From positions 72-64,071 of the forward strand of contig CAJLPK010000001.1 in the NCBI GenBank assembly GCA_905208455.1: a stretch of DNA of 64,000 nt, written 5' to 3'. Below are positions 28,308 through 38,326 of this stretch, piece after piece. A program made the translations under genes and the position numbers. This DNA comes from an uncultured Bacillota bacterium (lineage in GTDB: Bacteria; Bacillota; Clostridia; Christensenellales; QAND01). The stretch's first letter is position 1. Each line of letters opens with the position of its first letter. The notes under the pieces were generated by a model. That model did no database searches, had not been told where the DNA came from, and saw nothing but the letters and a program-made list of their open reading frames with translations.

Positions 28308-29669
28308 TCAACCGCTTTTTTTTGTTTTCTGATGCCGATACTCTTTATACAACTTGGAAACCAGCCCGCTGAGCGCCAGGAGAGCCAACAGGTTTGGGAT
28401 GACCATCAATCCATTGAATAGATCGCTGAGGGCCCAAACGAGATCTACCTTTAGCATGGAGCCGACCATGATGAAGACCAATACAATACCGGAATAGAGC
28501 TTTACAGCTTTGGCGCCAAACAGATATTTGATATTGGTTTGCCCAAAAAAGTACCAGCCTACAATGGTGGAAAATGCAAAGAAGAACATACACAGGGCGA
28601 TGAAAATATCACCAAAATGCCCAAATACGGATGAGAAGGCAACCTGAGCCAGCTTGGAGCCGGTTTCTCCCGAGGAGAGTGCGCCTGTTGTTAAAAACGT
28701 CAGAGCAGTGAGGGTAAGTACGACAAAGGTATCTAAAAAAACGCCCATCAGCGCAACGACGCCTTGATCGCACGGATGGTCTACCTTGGCTAAAGCGTGT
28801 GCATGCGGCGTTGAGCCCATCCCGGCTTCATTGGAAAATAAGCCGCGCGAAACGCCGTAGCGCACAGCCATTTTTACTGAGATGCCGGCCGCGCCGCCCA
28901 ATACGGCGTCTGGGTGGAAAGCCCCTATAAAAATGGAAGCAAAGGCCTGCCCGATATGCTGATAATTGATGCCGATGACAACGAGCGAGCCGACAATATA
29001 AAAGAGAGCCATGATGGGTACGAGCTTTTCTGTAACAGATGCGATGCGGCGGATGCCCCCCATGAAGATAAAGCCGGCCAATACAGCTGTAAATACCCCA
29101 ACGACCCAGGAGGGAATGCCGAAAGCAATATCAAAAGCTTCAGAGATGGAATTGGATTGCACCATGTTTCCCATAAAGCCCAAGGCCAATATGATGAAAA
29201 CAGCAAACAGCGCCGCTAAAACACGGCCAAAGCGCCCATGAAACGCTGCCTTGATATAGTATACAGGGCCCCCGGTGACTTCGCCATGCATGGTTGTCTT
29301 GAATTTTTGTGCAAGCGTGGCCTCGGAAAAAATGGTAGCCATACCGAAAAAAGCACTGATCCACATCCAAAAGATTGCGCCAGGACCGCCGGAAACCACA
29401 GCCGTGGCTGCGCCGGCGATATTGCCGGTACCAATTTGAGCGGCTATGGCGGTTGTCAGCGCCTGGAAAGAACTCATGCCCTCCTTGCCGGCTTTTTTCC
29501 CCTTAAATCGAAACCCGCCAAATACTTTTTTGAAGCTGTCCTTAAATTTTACGATTTGGACAAAGCGAAGCCGAAAGGTGAAATAGATACCGGTGCAGCA
29601 CAAAAGCACGAGCAAAATATTATCCCACAGCGCGCCGCTGATGGCCTGTACGATGGCGGTAAATTCCAT
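28308..29669 (-). CDS. Sodium:alanine symporter (AGCS family)
   Basis: 453 aa. Typical AgcS N-terminus ...GALWDNILLVLLCCTGIYFTFRLRFVQ and overall topology. An upstream minus-strand promoter reads TTGCAT-N17-TATACT. Confidence 0.9.
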   Translation of the reverse strand: MEFTAIVQAISGALWDNILLVLLCCTGIYFTFRLRFVQIVKFKDSFKKVFGGFRFKGKKAGKEGMSSFQALTTAIAAQIGTGNIAGAATAVVSGGPGAIFWMWISAFFGMATIFSEATLAQKFKTTMHGEVTGGPVYYIKAAFHGRFGRVLAALFAVFIILALGFMGNMVQSNSISEAFDIAFGIPSWVVGVFTAVLAGFIFMGGIRRIASVTEKLVPIMALFYIVGSLVVIGINYQHIGQAFASIFIGAFHPDAVLGGAAGISVKMAVRYGVSRGLFSNEAGMGSTPHAHALAKVDHPCDQGVVALMGVFLDTFVVLTLTALTFLTTGALSSGETGSKLAQVAFSSVFGHFGDIFIALCMFFFAFSTIVGWYFFGQTNIKYLFGAKAVKLYSGIVLVFIMVGSMLKVDLVWALSDLFNGLMVIPNLLALLALSGLVSKLYKEYRHQKTKKSG

Positions 29670-29740
29670 ACTGATCCCCCTTTTTTGGATATGAGCAGTC
29701 TTTTTTAGTATAATGGTTCAAGGGACAAATGCAAGGGAAA

Positions 29741-29781
29741 AATAAAAAAAGCCCGAGGCTTAGGCAAGCTTCGGGCCTTTT
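29741..29781. terminator. Bidirectional terminator between agcS and dfx
   Basis: A-tract, then hairpin gcccgaggct…agcttcgggc, then T-tract. Confidence 0.55.
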
Positions 29782-29784
29782 GGC

Positions 29785-30174
29785 TTAGGCCAAATCGGTT
29801 TTCCATAAACCGTGCAGGTTGCAGTATGCAAATACGGCCAGGGGTTTTTCGCCGTCCGTAAGAGCTATATCAGCCTCCGGCGCTTGATCTGGGCACAATG
29901 CTTTGCGGTGCCCGCCCTCATTTGTCTGCACGTAGATCCATTCGATGGAATGCTCTTTGGTCATGGGATGCGCGGCACTGCCTACACATACATGCACCAA
30001 ATTACCGTCTGTTTTCACAACAGGCACATGCTTTTCCTGCGCAGCATCTGTTGTGTTGGCAATAAGCTCATGCATTTTCTCGCCGCAGCATACTACCGGC
30101 ACGCCGGCATTATGGATCATGCCAATTAGATTTCCGCAATGCTTACATACAAAAAATTTTTGTTCTCTGCTCAT
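29785..30174 (-). CDS. dfx: Desulfoferrodoxin (2Fe superoxide reductase)
   Basis: N-terminal desulforedoxin CxxC…CC motif (FVCKHCGNLIGMIHNAGVPVVCCG). C-terminal SOR domain (HVP.....G......H.M..EHSIEWIY). Confidence 0.85.
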   Translation of the reverse strand: MSREQKFFVCKHCGNLIGMIHNAGVPVVCCGEKMHELIANTTDAAQEKHVPVVKTDGNLVHVCVGSAAHPMTKEHSIEWIYVQTNEGGHRKALCPDQAPEADIALTDGEKPLAVFAYCNLHGLWKTDLA

Positions 30175-30421
30175 TGGTATTCACACTCCTTTTTATAATA
30201 AGACCATTTCCATTATACTCCAGCTTCTGAGATAAGAAAATAGACAGGAGAGGACTCTCATTTTTTCTTTGGAGCCTTTGTCTGATGGAAGCAAAACTGC
30301 CCATAGGGATGCGCTGATATAAAGTGTTGAATCTCCTTTGTGTATAGCTGGATGCGCTGATATAAATCCATCAGCAGCGCCGCCTCCTTTCTCCCTTTAC
30401 TGTAACCGAAAGAAAGAGAGC

Positions 30422-30982
30422 TTATACCGGGAGCTTGTCCGAAAGTGCAGCGCGCAGTCTGCCGGAAATGCTGGCGCAGACAAGGCATTTTAGTATATCA
30501 CCGGGCAATGTCGGCAGGCAGTATACAGCAAAAAGCTGCGAAATCGTCATGGCCTGTTTGAGATAGAGCGTCATGATGCCGTAAAAATACGGGAGACCGA
30601 TGAGATATAGGATGGCCGCGCCTGCCAGCGATGCCAAAAAAGCAGAGCTCCAGGATTTTCGGGAGCGTTCAAAGAGCAGGCCGGTACAAAAGGTGGCAGG
30701 GATCAAGCCCAGCAAAAAGCCAAAGGTAGGCTTAACCACATAGCCAATACCGCCGCCTTGAGTAAAAATGGGAAGGCCGATTAAGCCGAGAGCCAAATAA
30801 ACAGCAACCGAGACAGAGCCCCACTTTTTACCAAGCAGCAGCCCGGCCAGGGTAGAGAAAAAGGTTTGCAGCGTAATAGGCATCCAGCCCAGCGGGATTT
30901 TGATGAACGCGCCGATGGCACACAGGGCTGCAAACAGCGCACAAAGGATCAAAAGATACAAATGATTTTTATTGGAGGACAT
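30422..30982 (-). CDS. bioY: Biotin transporter BioY (ECF S-component), solitary
   Basis: BioY family pattern (IPLGWMPITLQTF...). Start chosen at ATG 30982 after RBS ggaagtg. Confidence 0.8.
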   Translation of the reverse strand: MSSNKNHLYLLILCALFAALCAIGAFIKIPLGWMPITLQTFFSTLAGLLLGKKWGSVSVAVYLALGLIGLPIFTQGGGIGYVVKPTFGFLLGLIPATFCTGLLFERSRKSWSSAFLASLAGAAILYLIGLPYFYGIMTLYLKQAMTISQLFAVYCLPTLPGDILKCLVCASISGRLRAALSDKLPV

Positions 30983-31105
30983 ATAAAGACACTTCCTATC
31001 GCCTATTTTTTGTACATAGTATAGGGAAGGAAAGACGTATGTCAATCATTTGATATTCTGAGGTTTACAATAAAAACGTACAATCAATGGCACGTTTTTT
31101 TGAAA

Positions 31106-32101
31106 TTAAGCGGGGTTTGCTGCCAAAAAGTCCATAACCTGTTGGAAATTTTGAATGGCTGTGGTAGTGCCGACGCTTTGAACGGAAATAGCGCCGGTCG
31201 CATTGGCAAAGCGGGCACATTCGCGCAAGCTGAATCCCTTTAGCACCGCTGTCATAAATCCGCCGGTAAAGTTATCTCCGGCGCCTGTGGTATCAATGGC
31301 GTTGACCTTGAAGGGCGGCATATGGAAGGATTGCTGACCGTCGCTGACATAGCAGCCGTCCCCGCCATGCTTTAAGATGACAACGCCGCGGCATACCTCT
31401 TTGAGGCGCTCGACAATGGTTTCAGGGTCATCGCTGTCTACCAATTTAGAGGCTTCTTCATAGCTGGGCATGAAATAGTCCAGATCCTGGATGATAGGAC
31501 GAATGCTTTCGGCAGTGTAACCTTCCGGCACCTGAGCGGTATCTGCTGATACCAAAGCCCCCGCTTCATGCGCTTTTTGTACGATGGTCGCAAAGCCGGA
31601 TTCCATTAGGCCAGGCAGGGCAAATAAGCTGCCCAGGGTAACGAGCCTGGTTTGGGAAAACAGAGAAAAATCAATGTCCTCTATGGTAAAGGCGTCGTTG
31701 CCGCCTCCCTGATAGAGAAAATTCCGACGGCCGTCCTCAAAGATGAGGGCAACAGAGGTACAGGTATTGACCGCGCTATCGCGTACTACATGAGACAGAT
31801 CCACCCCGCTTTTGGTTACGATATCCACAATGGCATCGCCCCAAATATCACGGCCGATTTTGCCCACCAATGCGGTATGCATCCCCAGCTTTGCCAAAAC
31901 GCAGGATTCGTTTTGCGCATCGCCACCGGGCCATAAAAGCATAGAGTCTACCGGCGTAGAGTCCACGGTAAAAATCTTTTCATTGACAGGACGTACAAGA
32001 ATATCTGCGCAGAGCTGGCCTACGCAAATGACATCATAACGGCGTTGCAAAGAAGATCCCTCCTTAATAGGCAGATACAAAAATGTTTCATAGTCATCCA
32101 T
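31106..32101 (-). CDS. PfkB-family carbohydrate kinase
   Basis: Ribokinase-like fold. C-terminal DTTGAGD anion-hole motif. N-terminal GxGxxAN-like motif. Confidence 0.75.
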   Translation of the reverse strand: MDDYETFLYLPIKEGSSLQRRYDVICVGQLCADILVRPVNEKIFTVDSTPVDSMLLWPGGDAQNESCVLAKLGMHTALVGKIGRDIWGDAIVDIVTKSGVDLSHVVRDSAVNTCTSVALIFEDGRRNFLYQGGGNDAFTIEDIDFSLFSQTRLVTLGSLFALPGLMESGFATIVQKAHEAGALVSADTAQVPEGYTAESIRPIIQDLDYFMPSYEEASKLVDSDDPETIVERLKEVCRGVVILKHGGDGCYVSDGQQSFHMPPFKVNAIDTTGAGDNFTGGFMTAVLKGFSLRECARFANATGAISVQSVGTTTAIQNFQQVMDFLAANPA

Positions 32102-32186
32102 ACTATTTCATAATTAAAGGGCAAAGTCAATGAGAAATCCGGTGAAAATAAAGAAAAGGAAAGGGCGTCCTTTCCTTTTATACAGA

Positions 32187-32534
32187 TTATGCAGAGGGGG
32201 ATTCATCTTGCCGCTGGTATTGGTGTACACTGTCATCCAGCGTAAGGGTCAATATATCCCCCTCGATGTTCCATGGCCCGGCCTGCAGGGAAGCTTGGTC
32301 GCATTGCAGGCGCAGCGTTTCCCCCTCCAGTTCATAGGTGCCGGTAAGCATTGTGCCGCTTTCGCTGCTAATGGCAAAGGTACGGTCCTGTGTAAAGGTG
32401 ATGGTTAAGCCATCCTCATTGTTGTCCGTCCAGGTCCCCACAAGCGGGTCCGCTCCGCCGCAGGCAGAAACCACAAAGGTAAGACATAGCGCAAGACAGA
32501 AAAAAGAAAGCGCTCTGCCAAAGGCTTTTTCCAT
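32187..32534 (-). CDS. Small lipoprotein (lipocalin-like), function unknown
   Basis: Signal peptide plus lipobox VVSACGG. Contains a GTWTD motif. Confidence 0.4.
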   Translation of the reverse strand: MEKAFGRALSFFCLALCLTFVVSACGGADPLVGTWTDNNEDGLTITFTQDRTFAISSESGTMLTGTYELEGETLRLQCDQASLQAGPWNIEGDILTLTLDDSVHQYQRQDESPSA

Positions 32535-32811
32535 AGAGAAACCTCCTGATTGGTGAAATAAAACTGCACACTTTGAGAGGAACAGGCAGATACATGCCTG
32601 TCCCTTTTGTGGAATACTTTAGCACTTTTCCTCTTATTTTCCTAGACAAAATTAAAAAAATCCGCTGAAATTAGGGAAAAGACATGGGAAAGCCGCGAAA
32701 AAGCCATAAAAAACAGGGAATCTATGAAAGGAAAAACACAGAATACACAGAAACAGAGAAACATGGTATAATATTTGATGATTATAAATTTTAAGGGGGG
32801 ACCTTGTATAA

Positions 32812-33399
32812 ATGGACGAGGGCAACCGACCACGAGCGCTTTCGCTGCTCACGGAGCATGTACAGAGTGAGTCTTTGCTAAAGCACGCGTATGCGGTGGA
32901 AGCGGCGATGCGGCGTATGGCGCGTTATTTTCATCAAAACGAGGATTTCTGGGGCGTTGCAGGCTTGCTGCATGACCTGGATTATCAGGAATATCCAGAC
33001 GAGCACTGTCAGCATGTGGAAGCAATGCTGCGGGAGGCGGGCTATGGAGATGAGATCGTACGCGCGATTTTAAGCCACGGCTATGGGCTCTGCACGGATG
33101 TAGAGCCGCAGACGGAGATGGAGAAATCCTTATATGCTGTGGACGAATTGACTGGTTTGATTACGGCGGTCGTATTGATGCGGCCTTCCAAATCCATCTT
33201 GGACCTGACAGTAAAATCCGTAAAGAAAAAATGGAAAACAAAATCCTTTGCAGCGGGCTGTAACCGGGAGATAATCCAGGATGGGGCAGATAGGCTGGCT
33301 ATGCCTTGGGAAACCTTGACGCTGCTGACCATCGAAGGGATGCAGGCGGAGGCGAAGGCTTTGGGCCTGGCAGGAACTTTGGAGGAAGAGGCATCATGA
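32812..33399 (+). CDS. HD-domain phosphohydrolase
   Basis: H..LLHDLDY motif and downstream His residues. About 195 aa. Confidence 0.7.
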   Translation: MDEGNRPRALSLLTEHVQSESLLKHAYAVEAAMRRMARYFHQNEDFWGVAGLLHDLDYQEYPDEHCQHVEAMLREAGYGDEIVRAILSHGYGLCTDVEPQTEMEKSLYAVDELTGLITAVVLMRPSKSILDLTVKSVKKKWKTKSFAAGCNREIIQDGADRLAMPWETLTLLTIEGMQAEAKALGLAGTLEEEAS

Positions 33400-33689
33400 T
33401 ACGATTGACGATCTTGGTTTGCTTTCCGCGGGATGATGAGCAAATGCCTGTGGATTGGGAACGGGAAACAAGGGAACTGATCCACCTGCCGGGTGTAGAA
33501 GAGGTATTTTGGGGACAGAACTACCAGGGAGAGGCCAACTATGACGCAGTCGCGATGATCGACTTTAAGAATGAACGTGCGTATCATAGGGCCCAGGAAA
33601 ATGAGGAATATCTGGAATGGTTCCGGGAAATCTCAAAATCTGAAGGCTTTGCATGCCTTTGCACGGAAATCGAGGAGGAAGAGGCATGA
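33396..33689 (+). CDS. Small Dabb-like (stress-responsive alpha/beta barrel) protein
   Basis: 97 aa. ATGA overlap with the upstream gene. Loose similarity to the neighbouring Dabb paralog. Confidence 0.35.
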   Translation: MIRLTILVCFPRDDEQMPVDWERETRELIHLPGVEEVFWGQNYQGEANYDAVAMIDFKNERAYHRAQENEEYLEWFREISKSEGFACLCTEIEEEEA

Positions 33690-34015
33690 TTCGGCATATT
33701 GAGGCGTGGAAGTTTAAGGAATATATAGACGGTACCAGCGCTATGGAAAACGCGATGGAGCTGAAAAGGCAGCTGGAGTCATTAAGGCGGTATAAGGTGC
33801 CGGGGCTGGTATCTATGAATGTGCAGCTGAATTGCCAAAGAGACGAGATGGAAGAAGCGGCGGAGTCTGCAATTTATGATATTGTCATGGACAGCGTGTT
33901 TTCCGATGGGCAGGCGCTGGAAGCATACAAGGAAGACCCGGCGCATAAAAAGATTGCAGAGTTTTGCGAATCGGTGCGGCTTTCCCGCGCAGCCGTGGAT
34001 TTGATTGTGGATTAA
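33686..34015 (+). CDS. Dabb-family stress-responsive protein
   Basis: 109 aa. HIEAWKFK…VPGLVSM… pattern of the Dabb family. Confidence 0.5.
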   Translation: MIRHIEAWKFKEYIDGTSAMENAMELKRQLESLRRYKVPGLVSMNVQLNCQRDEMEEAAESAIYDIVMDSVFSDGQALEAYKEDPAHKKIAEFCESVRLSRAAVDLIVD

Positions 34016-34563
34016 AGACGGGAGAATCTTTCACAGGGAGGCAGCTTCATTTGCAACCCAATATACAAAAACAATCCTTAGGGCGGGACTTTTTGATTTG
34101 CTTCGGCGTAAGCGCGGTGGGGTATATCCTGCTGCGTTTGCCCGTAGGGATCAATGAAATCAGTGTTTCCTTTGGCGTCTGCGCCCTATATTTGGCGGCG
34201 TATCTGCTGCCTTGGCCGACGGCTCTTTTATGTACGGTGTTGCCGGCCGTAGCAGCAGACGCAATCTGGGGCAGTTTTCAACTCATTCCGATGACCTTGG
34301 TGGTCACCGCTGCATGCCAACTGTCGCTGTGCTGGATGTTCAATCGGTATGTACAAAACAACCTAGGAAGGTTTTTGCTGGCGGCAGGCGTAGGCGGGGT
34401 ATTTTTCATGGTAGGCACCTTTTTCTATTTTGCCGTAGCCTATGGCATGCTGGAAGCGCTGCTTTCCATGATCCCCTATTTAGTACAGTGGATCTTTGCA
34501 TCAGTGCTGGGATATTGGGCCATTGCGCTGTACCGCTCCAAATTGCTGCCAAAGCTGAAATAA
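33964..34563 (+). CDS. Hypothetical membrane protein (ECF S-component-like), start uncertain
   Basis: 5–6 predicted TM helices. No recognisable motif. Confidence 0.35.
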   Translation: MRIGAAFPRSRGFDCGLKTGESFTGRQLHLQPNIQKQSLGRDFLICFGVSAVGYILLRLPVGINEISVSFGVCALYLAAYLLPWPTALLCTVLPAVAADAIWGSFQLIPMTLVVTAACQLSLCWMFNRYVQNNLGRFLLAAGVGGVFFMVGTFFYFAVAYGMLEALLSMIPYLVQWIFASVLGYWAIALYRSKLLPKLK

Positions 34564-34575
34564 GGAGAATAAGGC

Positions 34576-35301
34576 ATGAGATATCGCTGTTTGGGAAGAT
34601 ATGGGCCATACCCCGCTGCGGGCGGGGCTTCCAGCGGGCACCTGCTTTATCAAGGAGGAAAGGCGCTGGTGCTGGATATGGGATGCGGCACGCTGCCGCG
34701 CCTTCTGTTATCATCGGAGAAAACCGAGATTTGCGGCGTTGTGCTGACGCACCTTCATCCTGACCATTACAGCGATTTGCTCGTGTATGCGCAATATCTG
34801 GCAAAATGCGCGGGACGGCCGATGCCGTTGTTTATGCCGCGTGCTCCGGAGCGTGTTAGCAGTTTATTGGCGGACATGGGTGTATTTGAGGTGCACTTTA
34901 CGGATGCGCAGGCAGAGGCGCAGTGCGGTCCGTTTCGGCTGCGGTTTGCGCCAACGGTGCATCCATTGCCGGGATACGCTGTACGCGTGGATGGAGATTC
35001 GTCGCTGGCCTACACGGGAGACAGCCTTGTTACGCATGCGCTGACGGCTTGGGCCGATCAGGCAGACGTATTGCTTTGTGATGCTCCCTTTACCAAGCGC
35101 ACAGTGCCCAGCCCTTCTCCGCATATGACGGCGGAACAGGCGGCGGAACTGGCAAAAGCTGCGCATGTGGGGGCTTTGTGGCTTTCGCATCTTGTGCCGG
35201 GTAGTGATGAGCAAGCAGTGCTGCGCGCAGCCCGCGGGATATTTCAGCAAAGCTGCTTGGTGGAGGAAATGGCGGATAGAATCGTTCAAGGCTCGGCCTA
35301 A
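34576..35301 (+). CDS. MBL-fold metallo-hydrolase
   Basis: HLHPDHYSDL (HxHxDH) zinc-binding motif. 241 aa. Immediately upstream of comEC. Confidence 0.75.
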   Translation: MRYRCLGRYGPYPAAGGASSGHLLYQGGKALVLDMGCGTLPRLLLSSEKTEICGVVLTHLHPDHYSDLLVYAQYLAKCAGRPMPLFMPRAPERVSSLLADMGVFEVHFTDAQAEAQCGPFRLRFAPTVHPLPGYAVRVDGDSSLAYTGDSLVTHALTAWADQADVLLCDAPFTKRTVPSPSPHMTAEQAAELAKAAHVGALWLSHLVPGSDEQAVLRAARGIFQQSCLVEEMADRIVQGSA

Positions 35302-35313
35302 GGGGGAAACAAG

Positions 35314-36840
35314 ATGGAGGAAAGAGCAGGACGCGGGCTAACGGGCTACCGTTTATGGAATGTGCGGCCGCTTTGTCTTGCTGTCTTGGGCCTATCTATC
35401 GGCATTGCGCTGTGTTTTTATGTACGCCCTAATGCTGGGCTTTGTGTGGCCGTTTGTTTGGGTTTCGGTGTATGTATGCTGTGGCTCGCCCGTACCGGGC
35501 GCCGCGGCTTTTTTGTTATGCTGGTATTGATGATGATTGGCATCGGATGGGGCCGGGCCTCCTTTTCCCTGCAGCGGATCACGGCTTGGCCGGAAGAAGG
35601 CAGGATTCAAGGGGATATCCATGAGATCCAAGAACAAGAAGGCGTGTATACGATCCTGCTGGACGATGTTGTTTTGAACGGCGTACAGACAAAAGAACAG
35701 CTCCGGGTCCGTACAAAGTCAGATACCATGCAGTATGCCAGGCCCGGTGATGTGTTTGAAGGGTACGCCTTTTCCATTTGGGCGCCGGAGATGGATTCCG
35801 TATGGGACAGGGCCCAGCGTTATGCCAACCATTGGGACAAGCTGGCATGGGTGGGGGAAACAGAGGTAAAAATCACGCAAACGGAATTTCGTTTGCGCTT
35901 TGTGCCGGCCAGAATACGCGACATGGTGGCGGATCGTATAGATACGCTGTTTGGACGGGCAGCGCCTACTGTAAAAGGCATGGTGCTGGGAGATAAAACG
36001 GATCTAAGCGATGAACAGAAAACAGGATACGAAAGGGCGGGGATTTCGCACATCTTAGCGGTATCCGGCCTGCATGTAGGCTTTCTGGGCGTCATGGTTT
36101 CCAATTTGCTGCGGAGGAGCAGGCTGGGCAGAAGGACGCAGACAGCTTCCTTGCTGTGCTTCGTTTGGGGCTACTGTGCTGTGGTAGGCTTTCCAGCATC
36201 AGCAGTGCGCGCCACTGTGATGGTAAGCGTCCGCCAATGCAACCTGGCATGCGGCAGGCGTACGGATTTATTGGAGAATCTGTGCCTTGCGGCCTTGCTT
36301 ATTTTGCTATGGAACCCGTTGCAGCTGCTGATGCCGGGATTTCAGCTTTCTTTTGCAGCAGTGTGGGGCATTGCAACCGTTTCGGCTGCGCTGGCCCGTT
36401 GGAAGCCGGGCATGGGGTGGCTGGGACGGAGTTTATCCACCTCCTTAGGCGCACAGCTGGGGATCTGGCCCATTTCCCTGTATTTCTTTGAGGGCATTTC
36501 TGTGGTTTCCTTTTTGGCCAACCTGTTCGTTATACCGCTGGCCAGCCTCATAACATCCAGCGCTTTTGCCATCTTGCTTTGCTCGCTGGGGCTGCCGGGG
36601 TTGGCGGCCGGGCTCTCCAAGGCTGCCGCCGGCCTAGTATTGCTGATGAACTACGGAGCGGCGTGGACGGCGCGTATCCCCGGCGCATTGCTCACGATGC
36701 CAGCCTGGCCTGTATCGGCCACGCTGCTGTTTTTGGCAAGCCTGTTCTTTCTATCGCCTTATTGTTTGTGGAAGACAAAAGATCGGTGGACGGTCGCAGG
36801 ATTGTGCTGGCTGGTTGCGCTGCTGCTCGCCTTGGTCTAA
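35314..36840 (+). CDS. comEC: ComEC/Rec2 DNA-uptake channel (DUF4131 plus competence domain; no C-terminal MBL domain)
   Basis: Competence-domain motif GISHILAVSGLHVGFL. Polytopic. 508 aa against typical 700–800 aa. Confidence 0.8.
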   Translation: MEERAGRGLTGYRLWNVRPLCLAVLGLSIGIALCFYVRPNAGLCVAVCLGFGVCMLWLARTGRRGFFVMLVLMMIGIGWGRASFSLQRITAWPEEGRIQGDIHEIQEQEGVYTILLDDVVLNGVQTKEQLRVRTKSDTMQYARPGDVFEGYAFSIWAPEMDSVWDRAQRYANHWDKLAWVGETEVKITQTEFRLRFVPARIRDMVADRIDTLFGRAAPTVKGMVLGDKTDLSDEQKTGYERAGISHILAVSGLHVGFLGVMVSNLLRRSRLGRRTQTASLLCFVWGYCAVVGFPASAVRATVMVSVRQCNLACGRRTDLLENLCLAALLILLWNPLQLLMPGFQLSFAAVWGIATVSAALARWKPGMGWLGRSLSTSLGAQLGIWPISLYFFEGISVVSFLANLFVIPLASLITSSAFAILLCSLGLPGLAAGLSKAAAGLVLLMNYGAAWTARIPGALLTMPAWPVSATLLFLASLFFLSPYCLWKTKDRWTVAGLCWLVALLLALV

Positions 36841-36864
36841 AATGAAAAGAACGGAGGGAAGGCA

Positions 36865-37878
36865 TTGGAATATAGACAGCTGAAAAAACAAATACAGCAA
36901 AAGCAATTTTTATCCTGTTACGTTCTGTTTGGCGTGGAGCAGTTTGTCAAAATGCGTACGCTGGAAAAGCTGTGCCAGGCTGCGCTGGAGGAAGGGGACC
37001 CAGGCTGGAACCAGACGGTGTTGGATGAAAAGGCATCGGCAGAGGATATTTTTGCCGCCTGCCAGACCCTGCCCATGTTTGCGCCGCATCGGGTCGTCAT
37101 CGTAAAGGAATGTCCTTTACTAAAGCAGGGCGGCGGTACAGCCGGGGAGGAAACCATGCTTTCCTTAATTGAAACGCTGCCCCCGGAAACGATTCTTGTA
37201 TTCGTGCTGGAGGGCAAGCCGGACGGCCGGAGAAAGCTGACGGCTGCGATGAAGAAAAGAGATGCCATGGTGGAGTTTGCCACGATGACAGAGCATGAGA
37301 TTTTTGCCTGGCTCAAGGCCTATGCAGCGCAGCGGGGCAAGGCGGTAGAGCCGCAGGCGCTGGAAACGCTGCTCCAGCGGGTAGGCACGGACATGCAGAC
37401 GATTGCAACGGAGATGGAAAAAATCTGCTGTTATGCAGAGCAAAGCGACCAGATTACTAGAAAAGATGTATTGGCCGTTAGCAGCCAGACGCTGGAGGCC
37501 AATGCGTTTGAGGTTGTGGACCTGCTCGCGGCGGGCAGGCGCCAGCAGGCGGCAGAGCAAATTGATTTATTGCTGAGAGAAGGGCATTCCATCCAAATGT
37601 TTATGGGTGCAGTAGCGTACCGGCTTCGCCAGCTTTTGGCTGCCCGCCAGGGCTGGGAGGAAGGCAAAAGCGTGCAGGCCGCCGCTGCAAAGGTGCAAGG
37701 CCCGCGCTTTGCGGCCCAGCGCACGGCAAAGCAGGCAAAGGCAATGCGTACAGAGCATTTAAGGCAAGGCTTGGCGGCATTGACGGAGGCGGACTATGCC
37801 ATTAAGAGCGGACAAATGAAAGATGACCGGGCCGCGCTGGAAACAGCGCTTTGGCAGGCGTTTCCCACAAAAAAATAA
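36865..37878 (+). CDS. holA: DNA polymerase III delta subunit
   Basis: 337 aa. Conserved comEC–holA–rpsT synteny of Firmicutes. HolA-like N-terminus (LK..I....F...Y.L.G.E). Confidence 0.75.
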   Translation: MEYRQLKKQIQQKQFLSCYVLFGVEQFVKMRTLEKLCQAALEEGDPGWNQTVLDEKASAEDIFAACQTLPMFAPHRVVIVKECPLLKQGGGTAGEETMLSLIETLPPETILVFVLEGKPDGRRKLTAAMKKRDAMVEFATMTEHEIFAWLKAYAAQRGKAVEPQALETLLQRVGTDMQTIATEMEKICCYAEQSDQITRKDVLAVSSQTLEANAFEVVDLLAAGRRQQAAEQIDLLLREGHSIQMFMGAVAYRLRQLLAARQGWEEGKSVQAAAAKVQGPRFAAQRTAKQAKAMRTEHLRQGLAALTEADYAIKSGQMKDDRAALETALWQAFPTKK

Positions 37879-37923
37879 AAAAAGAACCGATGATTGATCA
37901 TCGGTTTTTTTATTGTTATGCAT

Positions 37924-38187
37924 TTAAGCATTCTGCTTTGCCATCACCGCGGCCAGCTGGGCCTTTTTACGGTTGGAGGCATTTTTATGGATCACACCCT
38001 TGGAGGCTGCTTTGTCCACCATGCTTACCGTTTCACGGTACACGGCCTGCAAATCAGAATCCCCTGCGGCAACAGCAGCATCAAATTTCTTCAAAGAAGT
38101 CTTCAAACGAGATTTGATCATGCGATTGCGGCCGGCTCGTCTTTCTTCAACTTTCACACGCTTCATCGCCGATTTAATGTTAGGCAT
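37924..38187 (-). CDS. rpsT: 30S ribosomal protein S20
   Basis: MPNIKSAMKRVKVEERRAGRNRMIKSRLKT… is a near-canonical S20. Confidence 0.95.
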   Translation of the reverse strand: MPNIKSAMKRVKVEERRAGRNRMIKSRLKTSLKKFDAAVAAGDSDLQAVYRETVSMVDKAASKGVIHKNASNRKKAQLAAVMAKQNA

Positions 38188-38326
38188 ATTCCTTCACCTC
38201 CCCGGGGGATAAACTTGACTTTGAGTATTGTACCATGGGATGGGCCGCTTTGCAAGCAAAAAAACCAGCAAAACTGCATACTTCCTTTGTTTTGGCAGAG
38301 GATAGAAAGAAAAGGAGGCAAGGATT

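Noticed and set aside
30994-31105. BirA operator upstream of bioY
   Set aside because: Only one clear TTGTAAACC half-site with a poor inverted partner. This is insufficient to call.
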